A stretch of DNA of 54,493 nt from Fusobacterium sp. (GTDB lineage: Bacteria; Fusobacteriota; Fusobacteriia; Fusobacteriales; Fusobacteriaceae): contig JAHHTB010000001.1 in the NCBI GenBank assembly GCA_020024855.1, forward strand, positions 1 to 54,493. The letters run 5' to 3'. The notes below the pieces were generated by a model. That model searched no databases. It saw only the letters and a list, made by a program, of their open reading frames with translations, and was not told where the DNA came from. This document shows, piece by piece, positions 9,755-20,608 of this stretch. How positions within the stretch are numbered: position 1 is the first letter of the stretch; every line of letters starts with the position of its first letter. The translations under genes and the position numbers were made by a program.

Positions 9755-10042
9755 CTACCAAGATGATTTTTTAACACCAGGTATAACCCCAGCACCTGCT
9801 AATTGTCTGAACTTTACTCTAGACATTCCGAACTCTCTCATGAATCCTCTTGGTCTTCCGTCTAATTGACATCTATTTCTTTTTCTTACTGGTGATGAGT
9901 TAGCTGGAAGTTTGCTTAATTCAAACACAGCTTCTTGATCTCCCTCAAGCACTCTTTTCTTTAATTCAGCTCTTTTAGCTGCATATTTATCACAAAGTTC
10001 CGCTCTTTTTATATCTCTAGCGATCATTGACTTTTTAGCCAT
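9755..10042 (-). CDS. rpsN: 30S ribosomal protein S14 (long, zinc-free type)
   Basis: [12 protein letters not shown]...PGVKKSSW, no CxxC pairs. Confidence 0.97.
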   Translation of the reverse strand: MAKKSMIARDIKRAELCDKYAAKRAELKKRVLEGDQEAVFELSKLPANSSPVRKRNRCQLDGRPRGFMREFGMSRVKFRQLAGAGVIPGVKKSSW

Positions 10043-10062
10043 TAATTCTCCTCCTCTAACTA

Positions 10063-10614
10063 TTACTTTTTAAAAGGCATTCCGAAAGCCTTAAGTAAAG
10101 CTCTTCCTTCTTCATCTGTTCTAGCAGAAGATACTATTGTGATAGACATACCTTGTAGTTTATCTACTTTATCGAATTCAATTTCAGGGAAAACTAATTG
10201 ATCTCTTAATCCTAAAGAGTAGTTTCCTCTTCCGTCGAATGAGTTTGAAGGAACTCCTTCAAAGTCTCTTACTCTTGGAAGAACTACATTTACTAATCTA
10301 TCTAGAAAGTCATACATTCTTTCTTTTCTTAAAGTAACTTTTGCTCCAATTGGCATGTTTTCTCTTAATTTGAATCCAGCCTCTGACTTTTTAGCTTTTC
10401 TTACTAATGGTTTTTGCCCAGTGATGATTCCTAAATCGTTCATCGCTGCATCTATTAATTTCGCGTTTTGAGTAGCTTCTCCAACTCCCATATTAACGAT
10501 AATTTTTTCTAATGTTGGACATTCCATGATATTCTTTAAATCTAATTCTTTCATTAGATTTTCTCTTATAACTTCATCAAATAATTTGTGATATCTAGAA
10601 ACGTATTTAGACAC
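10063..10614 (-). CDS. rplE: 50S ribosomal protein L5
   Basis: LPRVRDFEG and FDGRGNY motifs. Confidence 0.98.
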   Translation of the reverse strand: MSKYVSRYHKLFDEVIRENLMKELDLKNIMECPTLEKIIVNMGVGEATQNAKLIDAAMNDLGIITGQKPLVRKAKKSEAGFKLRENMPIGAKVTLRKERMYDFLDRLVNVVLPRVRDFEGVPSNSFDGRGNYSLGLRDQLVFPEIEFDKVDKLQGMSITIVSSARTDEEGRALLKAFGMPFKK

Positions 10615-10632
10615 TTACGTTATCCTCCTCTC

Positions 10633-10974
10633 TTATAGAACTTCTCCAGACACTTTAGAGTATCTAACTTTTTTACCGTCCACTACTTTGTACCCAACTC
10701 TTGTTGGTTTTCCAGCTTTCGCATCAAAAAGCATAACTTTTGATGAGAATATTGGAGCAGGTTTAGTTACAACTCCACCTTGTGGGTTTGTCTGAGATGG
10801 TTTCATGTTTTTAGTAACTACATTTACATCTTCTACAACTATTTTTCCTTTTTTAGGGAATACTTTTAAAACTTTACCAGTTTTACCTTTATCTTTACCA
10901 GAAATTACATATACTGTATCTCCTGTTTTCACATGTAGTGATGCAGGAACAAATTTAATTTTAGGTTTAGCCAC
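10633..10974 (-). CDS. rplX: 50S ribosomal protein L24
   Basis: KOW motif [14 protein letters not shown]. Confidence 0.98.
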   Translation of the reverse strand: MAKPKIKFVPASLHVKTGDTVYVISGKDKGKTGKVLKVFPKKGKIVVEDVNVVTKNMKPSQTNPQGGVVTKPAPIFSSKVMLFDAKAGKPTRVGYKVVDGKKVRYSKVSGEVL

Positions 10975-10990
10975 TTCTTAGCCTCCTCTC

Positions 10991-11359
10991 TTAGATTACT
11001 TCTGGAGCTAGAGAAACTATTTTCATAAAGTTTTTAGCTCTTAGCTCTCTTGCAACAGGCCCGAATATTCTTGTTGCTTTTGGTTCATTATTGTTATTAA
11101 TTATAACACCAGCGTTATCATCAAATTTTATATATGATCCGTCTTCTCTTCTTAATTCTTTTCTTGTTCTTACAATAACTGCTTTAACTACGTCACCTTT
11201 CTTAACGTTTCCACCAGGTATTGCTTCCTTTACTGAGCATACAACTATGTCCCCGATTTTTCCAAATCTTTTTTTAGTTCCACCAAGAACTCTTATGATC
11301 ATTAATTTTTTTGCACCTGAGTTGTCTGCAACGTTAAGGATAGTTTGTTGTTGTACCAT
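10991..11359 (-). CDS. rplN: 50S ribosomal protein L14
   Basis: VADNSGAK and [11 protein letters not shown] motifs. Confidence 0.98.
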   Translation of the reverse strand: MVQQQTILNVADNSGAKKLMIIRVLGGTKKRFGKIGDIVVCSVKEAIPGGNVKKGDVVKAVIVRTRKELRREDGSYIKFDDNAGVIINNNNEPKATRIFGPVARELRAKNFMKIVSLAPEVI

Positions 11360-11393
11360 TAAAATATCCTCCTTCCAAATTTAATATTGGATT

Positions 11394-11645
11394 TTATTTA
11401 GCTCTTTCTAAAACTTCAACTAATCTCCATCTTTTATCTCTAGATAAAGGTCTAGTTTCCATTATTCTTACTCTATCTCCAACTTGAGCTACATTGTTTT
11501 CATCGTGAGCTTTAAACTTTGTTGTCTTTTTAACTCTCTTTTTGTAAATAGGATGTAAATCCATTGTAGCTATTGAAACAACTATAGTTTTTTCCATTTT
11601 GTCAGAAACAACTATACCTTCTCTTACTTTTCTATCGTTTCTCAA
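11394..11645 (-). CDS. rpsQ: 30S ribosomal protein S17
   Basis: VVSDKMEKT and ETRPLS motifs. Confidence 0.98.
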   Translation of the reverse strand: MRNDRKVREGIVVSDKMEKTIVVSIATMDLHPIYKKRVKKTTKFKAHDENNVAQVGDRVRIMETRPLSRDKRWRLVEVLERAK

Positions 11646-11686
11646 GATTTTGACCTCCTCTTCTTAAGAATCATCTCTAAAATATA

Positions 11687-11869
11687 TTATCTTTCATTTA
11701 AAATTGTGTTCATTCTTGCAATTTCTCTTCTAACTTCTCTGATCTTAGCAGTGTTAGTTAATTGTCCTAATGAAAGTTGAAATTTTAGGTTGAATAATTC
11801 TTCTTTAAGTTCTTTACACTTAACTACTAAGTCTTCAGTAGACATTTCTCTTATATCCTTAGCTTTCAT
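11687..11869 (-). CDS. rpmC: 50S ribosomal protein L29
   Basis: ELFNLKFQ...[10 protein letters not shown] motif. Confidence 0.97.
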   Translation of the reverse strand: MKAKDIREMSTEDLVVKCKELKEELFNLKFQLSLGQLTNTAKIREVRREIARMNTILNER

Positions 11870-12291
11870 TATTTATCACCGCCATTCTCTCTTTTTACTA
11901 TCTTACATCTGATAGGAAGTTTCATAGATGCTTTTCTTAAAGCTGCTAAAGCTAGTTCTTCACTAACTTGAGAAACTTCAAACATTATTCTTCCAGGTTT
12001 AACTACGCAAACCCAACCTTCTACTGCCCCTTTACCTTTTCCCATTCTTACTCCAGCTGGTCTAGATGTGATTGGTTTATCAGGGAATATTCTTATAAAT
12101 GTTTTTCCTTCTCTTTTGAATGTTCTGTTGATTCCTACTCTACATGATTCAATTTGTCTGTTAGTGATCCATGCAGGTTCAAGAGCTTGAAGTCCGTAGT
12201 CACCGAATGCTACTGTATTTCCTCTTTGAGCAGAACCTTTCATTCTTCCTCTAAACATTTTTCTATGTTTTGTTCTTTTTGGCATTAACAT
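11869..12291 (-). CDS. rplP: 50S ribosomal protein L16
   Basis: MLMPKRTK and RMGKGKG motifs. Confidence 0.98.
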   Translation of the reverse strand: MLMPKRTKHRKMFRGRMKGSAQRGNTVAFGDYGLQALEPAWITNRQIESCRVGINRTFKREGKTFIRIFPDKPITSRPAGVRMGKGKGAVEGWVCVVKPGRIMFEVSQVSEELALAALRKASMKLPIRCKIVKRENGGDK

Positions 12292-12292
12292 A

Positions 12293-12949
12293 TTATGCTT
12301 CCCCTCCTTCTTTCTTAGTAGGAAGTACTTCTCCGTTAAATATCCATACTTTTATTCCTAATGCTCCGTATGTAGTATGAGCTGTTGCAGTTGCATAATC
12401 AATATCAGCTCTTAATGTATGTAAAGGAACTTTTCCTTCAACCATCCACTCAGCTCTTGCAATTTCTGCTCCATTTAATCTTCCAGAAATCATAACTTTG
12501 ATTCCTTTAGCTCCTGATTTCATAGCTCTCATTACAGCTTGGTTAGCAGCTCTTTTATAAGCTACCCTTCTTTCGATTGATCCAGCTATATTTTCTGCTA
12601 CTAAAACAGCATCTCTATTGAAGTTTTTAACTTCTAACACTTTAACTAATACTTTTTTACCAGTTAAAGCTTCTAATTTAACTCTTAATTCTTCTATTTC
12701 AGCACCTTTTCTTCCGATAACAATTCCAGCTTTTGCTGCATGAATTATTACTACAACTTGTGAAGGTGATGTTCTTTCTATATTAACTTTTGCTATCCCT
12801 GCATGGAAATAATTTTTCTTAACGAATTCTCTGATTTTTACATCTTCATGGAAATATTTAACATATTCCTTCTTATCAGCATACCAGTTAGAATCCCAAG
12901 ATCTTGTTATTCCAAGTCTTAATCCTCTAGGATCTACTTTTTGTCCCAC
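12293..12949 (-). CDS. rpsC: 30S ribosomal protein S3
   Basis: MGQKV and [12 protein letters not shown] motifs. Confidence 0.98.
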   Translation of the reverse strand: MGQKVDPRGLRLGITRSWDSNWYADKKEYVKYFHEDVKIREFVKKNYFHAGIAKVNIERTSPSQVVVIIHAAKAGIVIGRKGAEIEELRVKLEALTGKKVLVKVLEVKNFNRDAVLVAENIAGSIERRVAYKRAANQAVMRAMKSGAKGIKVMISGRLNGAEIARAEWMVEGKVPLHTLRADIDYATATAHTTYGALGIKVWIFNGEVLPTKKEGGEA

Positions 12950-12970
12950 AGTGTTAACCTCCTTAATAAA

Positions 12971-13303
12971 CTACTTCTCAGATACCCCAACGATAACATG
13001 AGCTGTTGGTTTTCTAATTATATCTGCTCTTCCCATTGCTCTAGGACTCATTCTCTTAAGAGCTGGTCCATCGTTAATCATTATTGTAGATATAACTAAT
13101 TTTTCATCGTCTAGTTTTGCATTATGTGTAGCATTAGCTATTGCTGATGCTAAAGTTTTCTTTATAATTCTAGCTGCTTTTTTATTTGTATATTCTAATA
13201 TATCTAGTGCTTCTAGAGCTGATTTTCCTCTCACTAAGTCAGCTACTAATCTAGCTTTTCTTGGAGACATTCTCACGAATCTAGTACTTGCTTTAACTTC
13301 CAC
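12971..13303 (-). CDS. rplV: 50S ribosomal protein L22
   Basis: SPRKARLVADLVRG and PRAMGRA motifs. Confidence 0.98.
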   Translation of the reverse strand: MEVKASTRFVRMSPRKARLVADLVRGKSALEALDILEYTNKKAARIIKKTLASAIANATHNAKLDDEKLVISTIMINDGPALKRMSPRAMGRADIIRKPTAHVIVGVSEK

Positions 13304-13357
13304 TAGTTTCTCCTCCTTCTTCTTAATTATATTTATCTAAAATATTATTAATTTTTA

Positions 13358-13630
13358 TTATTTTTTACCAGTTTTTGTATGTCCGTGGTAAGTTCTTGTA
13401 GGTGCAAACTCACCTAATTTATGTCCTACCATTTGCTCAGTTACATATACAGGTATATGTTTTTTCCCGTTGTAAACTCCAAAAGTTAATCCTATGAAGC
13501 TAGGGAATATAGTTGATCTTCTTGACCAAGTTTTAATTACTGCTTTTAAGTTGTTAGCAGCTACTGCCTCTTCAACTTTTTTCATTAAGTGATGGTCGCA
13601 GAAAGGTCCTTTTCTAAGTGATCTAGCCAT
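13358..13630 (-). CDS. rpsS: 30S ribosomal protein S19
   Basis: TWSRRSTI and [13 protein letters not shown] motifs. Confidence 0.98.
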   Translation of the reverse strand: MARSLRKGPFCDHHLMKKVEEAVAANNLKAVIKTWSRRSTIFPSFIGLTFGVYNGKKHIPVYVTEQMVGHKLGEFAPTRTYHGHTKTGKK

Positions 13631-13654
13631 TGCCTATTAAACCTCCTCTCGAAA

Positions 13655-14485
13655 TTACTTGTCGTTTCTTCTTCTTACTATAAACTTATCAGATGTTTTT
13701 CTTCCTCTTGTTTTAACACCAAGTGCTGGTTTTCCCCAAGGAGTTAATGGACTCTTTCTTCCTACTGGAGCTTTACCTTCTCCTCCTCCGTGAGGGTGAT
13801 CACAAGGGTTCATTGCAGATCCTCTAACGTGAGGTCTTCTTCCCATAAGTCTATTTCTTCCAGCTTTTCCGATTGATACTAGGCTGTGCTCAGAGTTTCC
13901 TACTTCACCGATTGTAGCTGTACATTCTCCGTGAATTAGTCTTAATTCTCCTGAAGGTAATTCAACGTGACAGTAAGTTCCTTCTTTAGCAACAAGTCTT
14001 GCTGCAGTTCCAGCAGATCTTACTAATTGTCCACCTCTTCCGATTTGAAGTTCGATGTTGTGAATTTGTGTTCCAACAGGCATTTCTTTTAATTTAAGAG
14101 CGTTTCCAACTTTAATTTCTGCGTTAGATCCGTTCATTACAACGTCTCCTACTTTTAATCCTTTAGGTGCTAAGATATAAGCTTTAGCTCCATCAACATA
14201 GTGTAAAAGAGCGATGTTAGCTGTTCTGTTTGGGTCGTACTCAATTGTAACAACTTTTGCAGGAACATCTAATTTGTTTCTCTTGAAATCTATTATTCTG
14301 TATAGTCTTTTATGACCTTTTTGTCTGTTAACGTTTGTTCTGTGCCCGTAGTTATCTCTACCATAAGCAGATTTTAAAGGTACAGTTAAAGACTTTTCAG
14401 GTCTTACCTTACTTAATTCAGGTACAACAAGTTTAGACATGTGTCTAACTCCATCACTTGTTGGTTTCATTTTCTTTATAGCCAT
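13655..14485 (-). CDS. rplB: 50S ribosomal protein L2
   Basis: EYDPNR and DHPHGGGEG motifs. Confidence 0.98.
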   Translation of the reverse strand: MAIKKMKPTSDGVRHMSKLVVPELSKVRPEKSLTVPLKSAYGRDNYGHRTNVNRQKGHKRLYRIIDFKRNKLDVPAKVVTIEYDPNRTANIALLHYVDGAKAYILAPKGLKVGDVVMNGSNAEIKVGNALKLKEMPVGTQIHNIELQIGRGGQLVRSAGTAARLVAKEGTYCHVELPSGELRLIHGECTATIGEVGNSEHSLVSIGKAGRNRLMGRRPHVRGSAMNPCDHPHGGGEGKAPVGRKSPLTPWGKPALGVKTRGRKTSDKFIVRRRNDK

Positions 14486-14540
14486 TTGTAATAACCTCCA
14501 AATTTTCTATTAGACCTATAACTATCTTTAGCCGTTTTTA

Positions 14541-14825
14541 TTATACTTCTTTGAAGTATGAAATTGTTCCAGAAGCTAATTCTACGATTGCTTTCTTAGT
14601 AGCTTGAGTTTTGTATAATTTCATACCATGTCTTTTTGTTACAGGTTTGATGTTTATTGTTGCAACACTTGCAACTTTAACGTTGAATATTTCTTCTACT
14701 GCTTTTTTGATCTCTATTTTGTTAGCTTTTCTATTTACTTCAAAAGTGTATTTATTGTTGTTTCTTCTTAATAATTCAGTTTTCTCAGTAATTAGAGGCT
14801 TTCTTATGATTTCGTAAGCTGTCAT
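14541..14825 (-). CDS. rplW: 50S ribosomal protein L23
   Basis: PLITEK and ANKIEIKKAVE motifs. Confidence 0.97.
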   Translation of the reverse strand: MTAYEIIRKPLITEKTELLRRNNNKYTFEVNRKANKIEIKKAVEEIFNVKVASVATINIKPVTKRHGMKLYKTQATKKAIVELASGTISYFKEV

Positions 14826-15457
14826 TATCCAAGCACCTCCTCAATTGTAGCTAATGCTTCTTTTGTAATGATAACTTTGTTTTGTTTTAATAACCAGTAA
14901 ATTCCTAGTTCGTTAGGTTGGAATACAACTGCGTTCTCTAAGTTTCTAGCTGATAAGAATAAGTTGTAATCACCTTGTTCTGTTAAGTCATTTACTACAA
15001 ACATTTGTTTTGTATTTGCTTCTAAAGCTTTTGTTAAAGCGATTATAGTTTTAGTTTTTGGAGTTTCCATTTTTCCATCAAGTACAACAATTTCTCCAGC
15101 AGCAACTTTTGCAGATAATGCAGATTTAAGTGCTAATACTCTTGTCTTTTTGTTTACTTTTTTCTCGTAACTTCTTGGGCTTGGACCGAATACAACTCCT
15201 CCACCTACCATGTGAGGTGCTCTTATTGTACCTTGTCTAGCTCTACCAGTTCCTTTTTGTTTAAATGGCTTTCTTCCTCCACCTCTAACCATAGATCTAG
15301 TCTTAGTAGATGCACTTCCTTGTCTAGCTGCAGCTAATTCTGCTACAAGAACTTCGTGTAAAACAACTTTATTTGGTTCAATAGCAAATATTGCGTCGTT
15401 TACTTCAACAGTTCCAGTTTGTGCTCCTGCTAAGTCATATATGTTTAAAACTGCCAT
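14825..15457 (-). CDS. rplD: 50S ribosomal protein L4
   Basis: [14 protein letters not shown] motif. Confidence 0.98.
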   Translation of the reverse strand: MAVLNIYDLAGAQTGTVEVNDAIFAIEPNKVVLHEVLVAELAAARQGSASTKTRSMVRGGGRKPFKQKGTGRARQGTIRAPHMVGGGVVFGPSPRSYEKKVNKKTRVLALKSALSAKVAAGEIVVLDGKMETPKTKTIIALTKALEANTKQMFVVNDLTEQGDYNLFLSARNLENAVVFQPNELGIYWLLKQNKVIITKEALATIEEVLG

Positions 15458-15487
15458 TTTTTTCCTCCTTCCGTTCTACTAACCTTA

Positions 15488-16114
15488 TTATTTTTTTATA
15501 GCTGGTCTTACAACAAGGTAACCATTCTTAGCTCCAGGTACTGCACCTTTTATTAAGATTACATTGTTCTCAACATCTAGTTTAACTACTTTTAAGTTTT
15601 GAACTGTTACAGTAGTATTTCCATATTGTCCAGCCATTCTTAATCCTTTTAATACTTTTCCAGGCCATGAAGATTGTCCGATAGATCCTCCAAGTCTGTG
15701 GTTTCTAGAAACCCCGTGAGATGCTCTGTTTCCACCGAAATTATGTCTTTTCATAACCCCTGATGTTCCTTTACCTTTTGAAGTTCCTGTAATATCTACG
15801 AACTCAACACCGTTTAGAACATCAACTTTTATTTCTTGTCCTAACTCATATCCTTCAACTGAGTCAACTTTTAGTTCTTTAACAAATCTTAATGGTTTTA
15901 CACCAGCTTTATTAAAGATACCCATCATTGGTTTAGTAGAATTTTTTTCTTTTTTCTCATCAAAACCAAGTTGTAATGCTGTATATCCTTCTCCTTCTAC
16001 AGTTTTCTTTTGTAGTACGAAGTTTGGTCCAGCTTCTACAACTGTTACTGGAACGAACTTTCCATCTTCAAAGATTTGAGTCATTCCGATTTTTTTTCCT
16101 AGAATTCCTAACAT
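15488..16114 (-). CDS. rplC: 50S ribosomal protein L3
   Basis: GKKIGMTQ, SKGKG and KGAVPG motifs. Confidence 0.98.
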   Translation of the reverse strand: MLGILGKKIGMTQIFEDGKFVPVTVVEAGPNFVLQKKTVEGEGYTALQLGFDEKKEKNSTKPMMGIFNKAGVKPLRFVKELKVDSVEGYELGQEIKVDVLNGVEFVDITGTSKGKGTSGVMKRHNFGGNRASHGVSRNHRLGGSIGQSSWPGKVLKGLRMAGQYGNTTVTVQNLKVVKLDVENNVILIKGAVPGAKNGYLVVRPAIKK

Positions 16115-16131
16115 TTGTTATAACCTCCATC

Positions 16132-16256
16132 AAATAATATATTGGTTGACAACTTGACCTCGTGGTTCTATGAACCTGCTTTAAAAAAAGCGTCAACTTG
16201 TATTATTCTGTAAGGATAATTTGATTTCAACCTTAATTTAAATCTTCAAATTACCC
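16132..16256 (-). ncRNA. Structured rpsJ-rplC intergenic RNA (candidate ribosomal-protein leader)
   Basis: Helices GAATAATA/TATTATTT, GTTGAC/GTCAAC, GCTTT/AAAGC and GGTTC/GAACC, plus GGGTAATTTGA/TCAAATTATCC. Confidence 0.55.
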
Positions 16257-16284
16257 GAGAATCAGCCATTTTTGTGTTTTTAAA

Positions 16285-16596
16285 CTACGCTTGTTTAATT
16301 TCGATTCCAACACCAGCTGGTAAGTTAACCGCTGTTAAAGATGATATTGTTTTTTGAGTAGAGTTTTTAATTTCCACCATTCTTCTGTGAACTCTCATTT
16401 CAAACTGCTCTCTTGAATCTTTGTTAACATGTACTGATCTTAATACAGTGTATTTTTTAATCTTAGTTGGTAGTGGCATAGGACCAGCTATTTCTGCTCC
16501 AGATTTTTCTGCAACTTCAGCTATCTTCTTTGCTGATTGATCTAGTAACATATGATCATAAGCTTTCAAGTAGATTCTTAACTTATTAGAAGCCAT
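16285..16596 (-). CDS. rpsJ: 30S ribosomal protein S10
   Basis: GPMPLPT and [11 protein letters not shown] motifs. Confidence 0.98.
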   Translation of the reverse strand: MASNKLRIYLKAYDHMLLDQSAKKIAEVAEKSGAEIAGPMPLPTKIKKYTVLRSVHVNKDSREQFEMRVHRRMVEIKNSTQKTISSLTAVNLPAGVGIEIKQA

Positions 16597-16659
16597 TTAT
16601 ACACCTCCTTTAATTTTTTAATTTAAAGGATATATTAACATCCTTTGTACACCTTGAGA

Positions 16660-16687
16660 ATTATATCATAAATCCCAGCATTTGCAA
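16660..16687 (-). promoter_or_regulatory. Promoter of the S10-spc operon
   Basis: TTGCAA-16 bp-TATAAT with an extended TG and an AT-rich upstream tract. Confidence 0.7.
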
Positions 16688-16842
16688 AGCTTTTTTTTAA
16701 TTTTTTACAAAAAAATTTTTTTATTTTTTTAATTGTTAGAAAACTATTTTATTTTTACAATTTTCTTACATATTTTATAACTTTTTTATTTTTTCTTTTT
16801 CCTACATTATTATATATGATATAAAAAAATTTTATCAATATA

Positions 16843-16876
16843 AAAGCCACATTAATTTTTCAATCAATGTGGCTTT
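16843..16876 (-). terminator. Probable terminator of the rnf operon
   Basis: AAAGCCACATT/AATGTGGCTTT inverted repeat. Confidence 0.7.
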
Positions 16877-16918
16877 ATATAAAATTAATTTATATTTTCC
16901 TGACCTATCTAAGAAGAA

Positions 16919-17911
16919 CTACTTTACTTCTTCCATTTCAATAGCTTTCTTAGGACATTTAGTTGCACAAATTCCACAACCAACACATTTAGCTGGGTCA
17001 ACTTTATGCTTTTCTTTTAATGCTCCTTCAATAGCTGATACTGGACAGTTCTTAGCACAGATTGTACATCCTATACATTTTTCTTCAACTATCACAGCTT
17101 TCTTAGGAACTACTAAACTATTTATTGCTTTTGTTGGACACTTAGTTGCACATAATCCACATTGAATACATTTAGCTGGATCAATCTTAGCAAGATTGTT
17201 TTCAACTGTTATTGCACCAACAGGACATACTTTTGCACACATTCCACAACCAATACAAGCTGTTTTACAGTTCTTTCTTGCATCTGCACCTTTGTCTTTT
17301 GAAGAGCAAAGAACATTTACTTTTTGTGGTTGAGGTAACATTGCTATTACAAACTTAGGACAAGTTTTTACACAAGCTCCACAAGATACACATTTTTCTT
17401 CATCAATATGAGCAATTCCATCAACTATTGATATTGCTCCAACAGGACATACCTTTACACAATCCCCTTTTCCAAGACATGCATAAGAACATGATTTTTC
17501 TCCTGCTGCATATAAGTTCATAGAAGCACAAGTTGTAATGTCTCCTCTGAAATTATATTTTTGTATTGCATTTTCATGTTTTCCTTGACAAAGAACTTTT
17601 GCAACCATTTTTGGTCCTGTTGTTGCTTCTGCAGTCATACCCATGATTTCACAAATTTGATCTGCTACTGCTTTTCCTCCAGGAGCACACATATTAGGTT
17701 TTGCACCTTTATTTACTACTGCGTCAGCATATCCACCACAACCAGGGAATCCACAACCTCCACAGTTTGCACCTGGAAGACATGCTGTTATTGCTGATAC
17801 TCTTTCGTCTACTTTAACCTCAAATTTTTTAGAGGCAAAAGCTAAGAATAATCCCATAGCTAATCCTGTTACTCCAAGAACAACTACAGCTATTAATATT
17901 TCACTTCCCAT
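16919..17911 (-). CDS. rnfB: Rnf complex subunit B (polyferredoxin type)
   Basis: N-terminal TM, LPGANCGGCGFPGC and multiple CxxCxxCxxxCP motifs. Start moved to ATG at 17911 after GGAGG. Confidence 0.95.
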   Translation of the reverse strand: MGSEILIAVVVLGVTGLAMGLFLAFASKKFEVKVDERVSAITACLPGANCGGCGFPGCGGYADAVVNKGAKPNMCAPGGKAVADQICEIMGMTAEATTGPKMVAKVLCQGKHENAIQKYNFRGDITTCASMNLYAAGEKSCSYACLGKGDCVKVCPVGAISIVDGIAHIDEEKCVSCGACVKTCPKFVIAMLPQPQKVNVLCSSKDKGADARKNCKTACIGCGMCAKVCPVGAITVENNLAKIDPAKCIQCGLCATKCPTKAINSLVVPKKAVIVEEKCIGCTICAKNCPVSAIEGALKEKHKVDPAKCVGCGICATKCPKKAIEMEEVK

Positions 17912-17927
17912 GATAACCTCCAAAAAT

Positions 17928-18512
17928 TTATATTTGCATTCCTGCGAATCCCATGAATGCTAAAGCTAGACAAGTTGCTGATATAAAAGCAATCGGTACA
18001 CCTTGGAATGGTTTAGGGATATCTGAATATTCTATTCTCTCTCTAACACCAGCAAGTAGTACAAGTGCTAATGTAAATCCAACAGCAGCTCCAATACCAT
18101 TTACTATAGTTTCAATGAAGTTATATCCTTCTTGAATGTTTAATATTGCAACCCCAAGTACAACACAGTTTGTTGTAATAAGAGGAAGATAAACTCCAAG
18201 AGCATTGTAAAGATTTGGTGATAATTTTTGTATTGCCATCTCAACAAATTGAACTAATGAAGCTATTATTAAAATAAACATTATTGTTTGTAAATATTCA
18301 AGACCGAATGGAACAAGTAAATATTGATATATTAGCCAAGTAACAGCTGATGCTATTGATATAACGAATATAATTGCCATTCCCATTCCGATAGATGATT
18401 CAACTTTTTTAGAAACTCCCATATATGGACAAATTCCAAGAACTCTACCGAAAACATAGTTTTGAATAAAGATTGAAGTTATAATTATACTAAATAATTT
18501 TGCAAAATCCAC
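17928..18512 (-). CDS. rnfA: Rnf complex subunit A
   Basis: LGICPY and LPLITTNCVVLG motifs. Confidence 0.95.
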   Translation of the reverse strand: MDFAKLFSIIITSIFIQNYVFGRVLGICPYMGVSKKVESSIGMGMAIIFVISIASAVTWLIYQYLLVPFGLEYLQTIMFILIIASLVQFVEMAIQKLSPNLYNALGVYLPLITTNCVVLGVAILNIQEGYNFIETIVNGIGAAVGFTLALVLLAGVRERIEYSDIPKPFQGVPIAFISATCLALAFMGFAGMQI

Positions 18513-18516
18513 TTAA

Positions 18517-19116
18517 CTATACCTCCTTCTTCTGTTTTAGGTAATTTTGGAATGCAATAACGAAAGCTATTGTTAAGAATCCACCTGGTGGTAATATAAA
18601 TATTAACGCATGCCATTTTTCTGGAGTGATAGCTATATCAAATAAGCTTCCAGCTCCTAAAAATTCTCTAATCATTCCAAGTACAGTAAGAGCAAGTGTA
18701 AATCCAAGTCCTGAACCTATTCCATCAAACATTGAATCTATAATACTATTTTTAGAAGCAAAGCTTTCTGCTCTTCCTAAAACTATACAGTTAACAACTA
18801 TTAGAGGTATGTATAACCCTAATACTTTATAAATATCTGGAGTGTATGCCTCCATTAACATTTGAACTATTGTAACAAGTGAAGCTATTATCATGATAAA
18901 TGCTGGTATTCTTACTTTATCAGGAATAACTTTCTTGAATACAGATATTAATATGTTTGAAAATACAAGAACTGCAGTAGTGGCAAGTCCCATTGACATA
19001 CCGTTTATAGCAGAACTTGAAGTTCCTAATGTAGGACAAAGTCCTAATAGTAATACTAGAACAGGGTTTTCTTTAAATATACCGTTTAGTACAATTCCCA
19101 TTTTACTTTTTGCCAT
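18517..19116 (-). CDS. rnfE: Rnf complex subunit E
   Basis: LGLCPTL and PLIVVNCIVLGRAE motifs. Confidence 0.95.
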   Translation of the reverse strand: MAKSKMGIVLNGIFKENPVLVLLLGLCPTLGTSSSAINGMSMGLATTAVLVFSNILISVFKKVIPDKVRIPAFIMIIASLVTIVQMLMEAYTPDIYKVLGLYIPLIVVNCIVLGRAESFASKNSIIDSMFDGIGSGLGFTLALTVLGMIREFLGAGSLFDIAITPEKWHALIFILPPGGFLTIAFVIAFQNYLKQKKEV

Positions 19117-19652
19117 TATTTTCTCACCCCGTTTTCAAAAGCTGATAATGCTCTTTGAATTCCTGTATAAACAGCTGTTGGAGATACTGTTGCTCCAGCA
19201 AAAGCATCTGCTGCTTTTGTAAATTCATAAGATTTATCTGTTCCTATCCAGTGTTTTTGCCACTCTTCACCAGAAATTTTAGCTCCTAATCCTGGAGTTT
19301 CTTGGTGGTTCATTACGCTTAGTCCAGTAACTTTTCCGTCAAGATCTACACCAAGAGAGAAATCAATATTAGCTGCATAACCACCTTGGCTTACAACTAC
19401 AACATATCCAACTGGATTTCCATTCTCATCAAGTCCTGGTATAAATTCTAGACCATCTACAGTTATAGCGGCTCCTTCATCAAATGATTTTGCTTCTGGT
19501 ACAACTGCAACTCTTGCTGCTTTTGTTGCTTCTATTTTATTATTTGTAATAGTCCCTATTGTCATTCCATTTACACCTGCAAGAAGTCCGGCACAAACGG
19601 CTGCGATTGCTAAAAGAACAGAACCATAGTGTATAAATCTATTTCTTTCCAT
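19116..19652 (-). CDS. rnfG: Rnf complex subunit G
   Basis: ETPGLG and AGAT FMN-attachment motif. Confidence 0.93.
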   Translation of the reverse strand: MERNRFIHYGSVLLAIAAVCAGLLAGVNGMTIGTITNNKIEATKAARVAVVPEAKSFDEGAAITVDGLEFIPGLDENGNPVGYVVVVSQGGYAANIDFSLGVDLDGKVTGLSVMNHQETPGLGAKISGEEWQKHWIGTDKSYEFTKAADAFAGATVSPTAVYTGIQRALSAFENGVRK

Positions 19653-20580
19653 CAGCTTTCACCTCCCCGAATTTCTTAGGCATTGTGTATCTGTTGATTA
19701 AAGGTGTAACCCCGTTCATTATTAATATTGAGAAAGCTGTTCCTTCTGGATATCCACCTTTTGTTCTAATAAGAGCAATTAAAGCACCTATTCCAAATGC
19801 ATATATAATTTTTCCTTTTGGAGTTACAGGGCTTGTAACCATATCTGTTGCCATGAAGAAAGCTCCTAACATTAATCCTCCAGAAAGAACATGCATTAAT
19901 GGATCTCTTCCAGCTATTCCTGTTAATACAGCTACTGTACCAATTATAATTACTGGAGTTTTCCAATCTATTTGTTTTTTATAGATTAGGTAAATTCCAC
20001 CTATAATAAGTGCAAGTGCTGAAGTTTCTCCAATACATCCACCCATTCTTCCAATGAATGCTTCTACATAAGGATTTCCATCTTTAATTAAAATTTCAGG
20101 AAGTGATCTTTTCATAGCATCAAGCATTGTTGCTCCAGCTACTCCATCAAGAGTAAATGATGTGATTGCTACTGGCCAAGATGCTTGAACAAATGCTCTT
20201 CCTATTAAAGCTGGGTTAAATACATTTTGTCCTAACCCACCAAATAACATTTTTCCTAAACCTATAGATACTATTGCACCTATTGCAACATATTCTAAAG
20301 ACATTCCAACTGGAATTACGAAAGCAAAAAGTAAACCTGTTACTATCGCACTTCCATCATGAAGTGTACACTCTACTTTTCTTATCTTGTTAAATACTAA
20401 TTCTGTTAACATACAGAATATTACTGAAACAGCTGTAACAATTAAAGCTCTTGTTTTAAAAACATAGACTGCCATTAAAAGTGCTGGCACTAAAGCTATA
20501 ATTACATCATACATTACTTTGTCAACTGTTTCTGATGTTCTTATGTGAGGTGATGGCCCCATATTATATACTTTTGACAC
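19639..20580 (-). CDS. rnfD: Rnf complex subunit D
   Basis: FGGLGQNVFNPA, AGAT and FFMATD motifs. Confidence 0.95.
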   Translation of the reverse strand: MSKVYNMGPSPHIRTSETVDKVMYDVIIALVPALLMAVYVFKTRALIVTAVSVIFCMLTELVFNKIRKVECTLHDGSAIVTGLLFAFVIPVGMSLEYVAIGAIVSIGLGKMLFGGLGQNVFNPALIGRAFVQASWPVAITSFTLDGVAGATMLDAMKRSLPEILIKDGNPYVEAFIGRMGGCIGETSALALIIGGIYLIYKKQIDWKTPVIIIGTVAVLTGIAGRDPLMHVLSGGLMLGAFFMATDMVTSPVTPKGKIIYAFGIGALIALIRTKGGYPEGTAFSILIMNGVTPLINRYTMPKKFGEVKADGKK

Positions 20581-20608
20581 TTTTGTTCCTCCTATCTCCT
20601 AAAGAATT

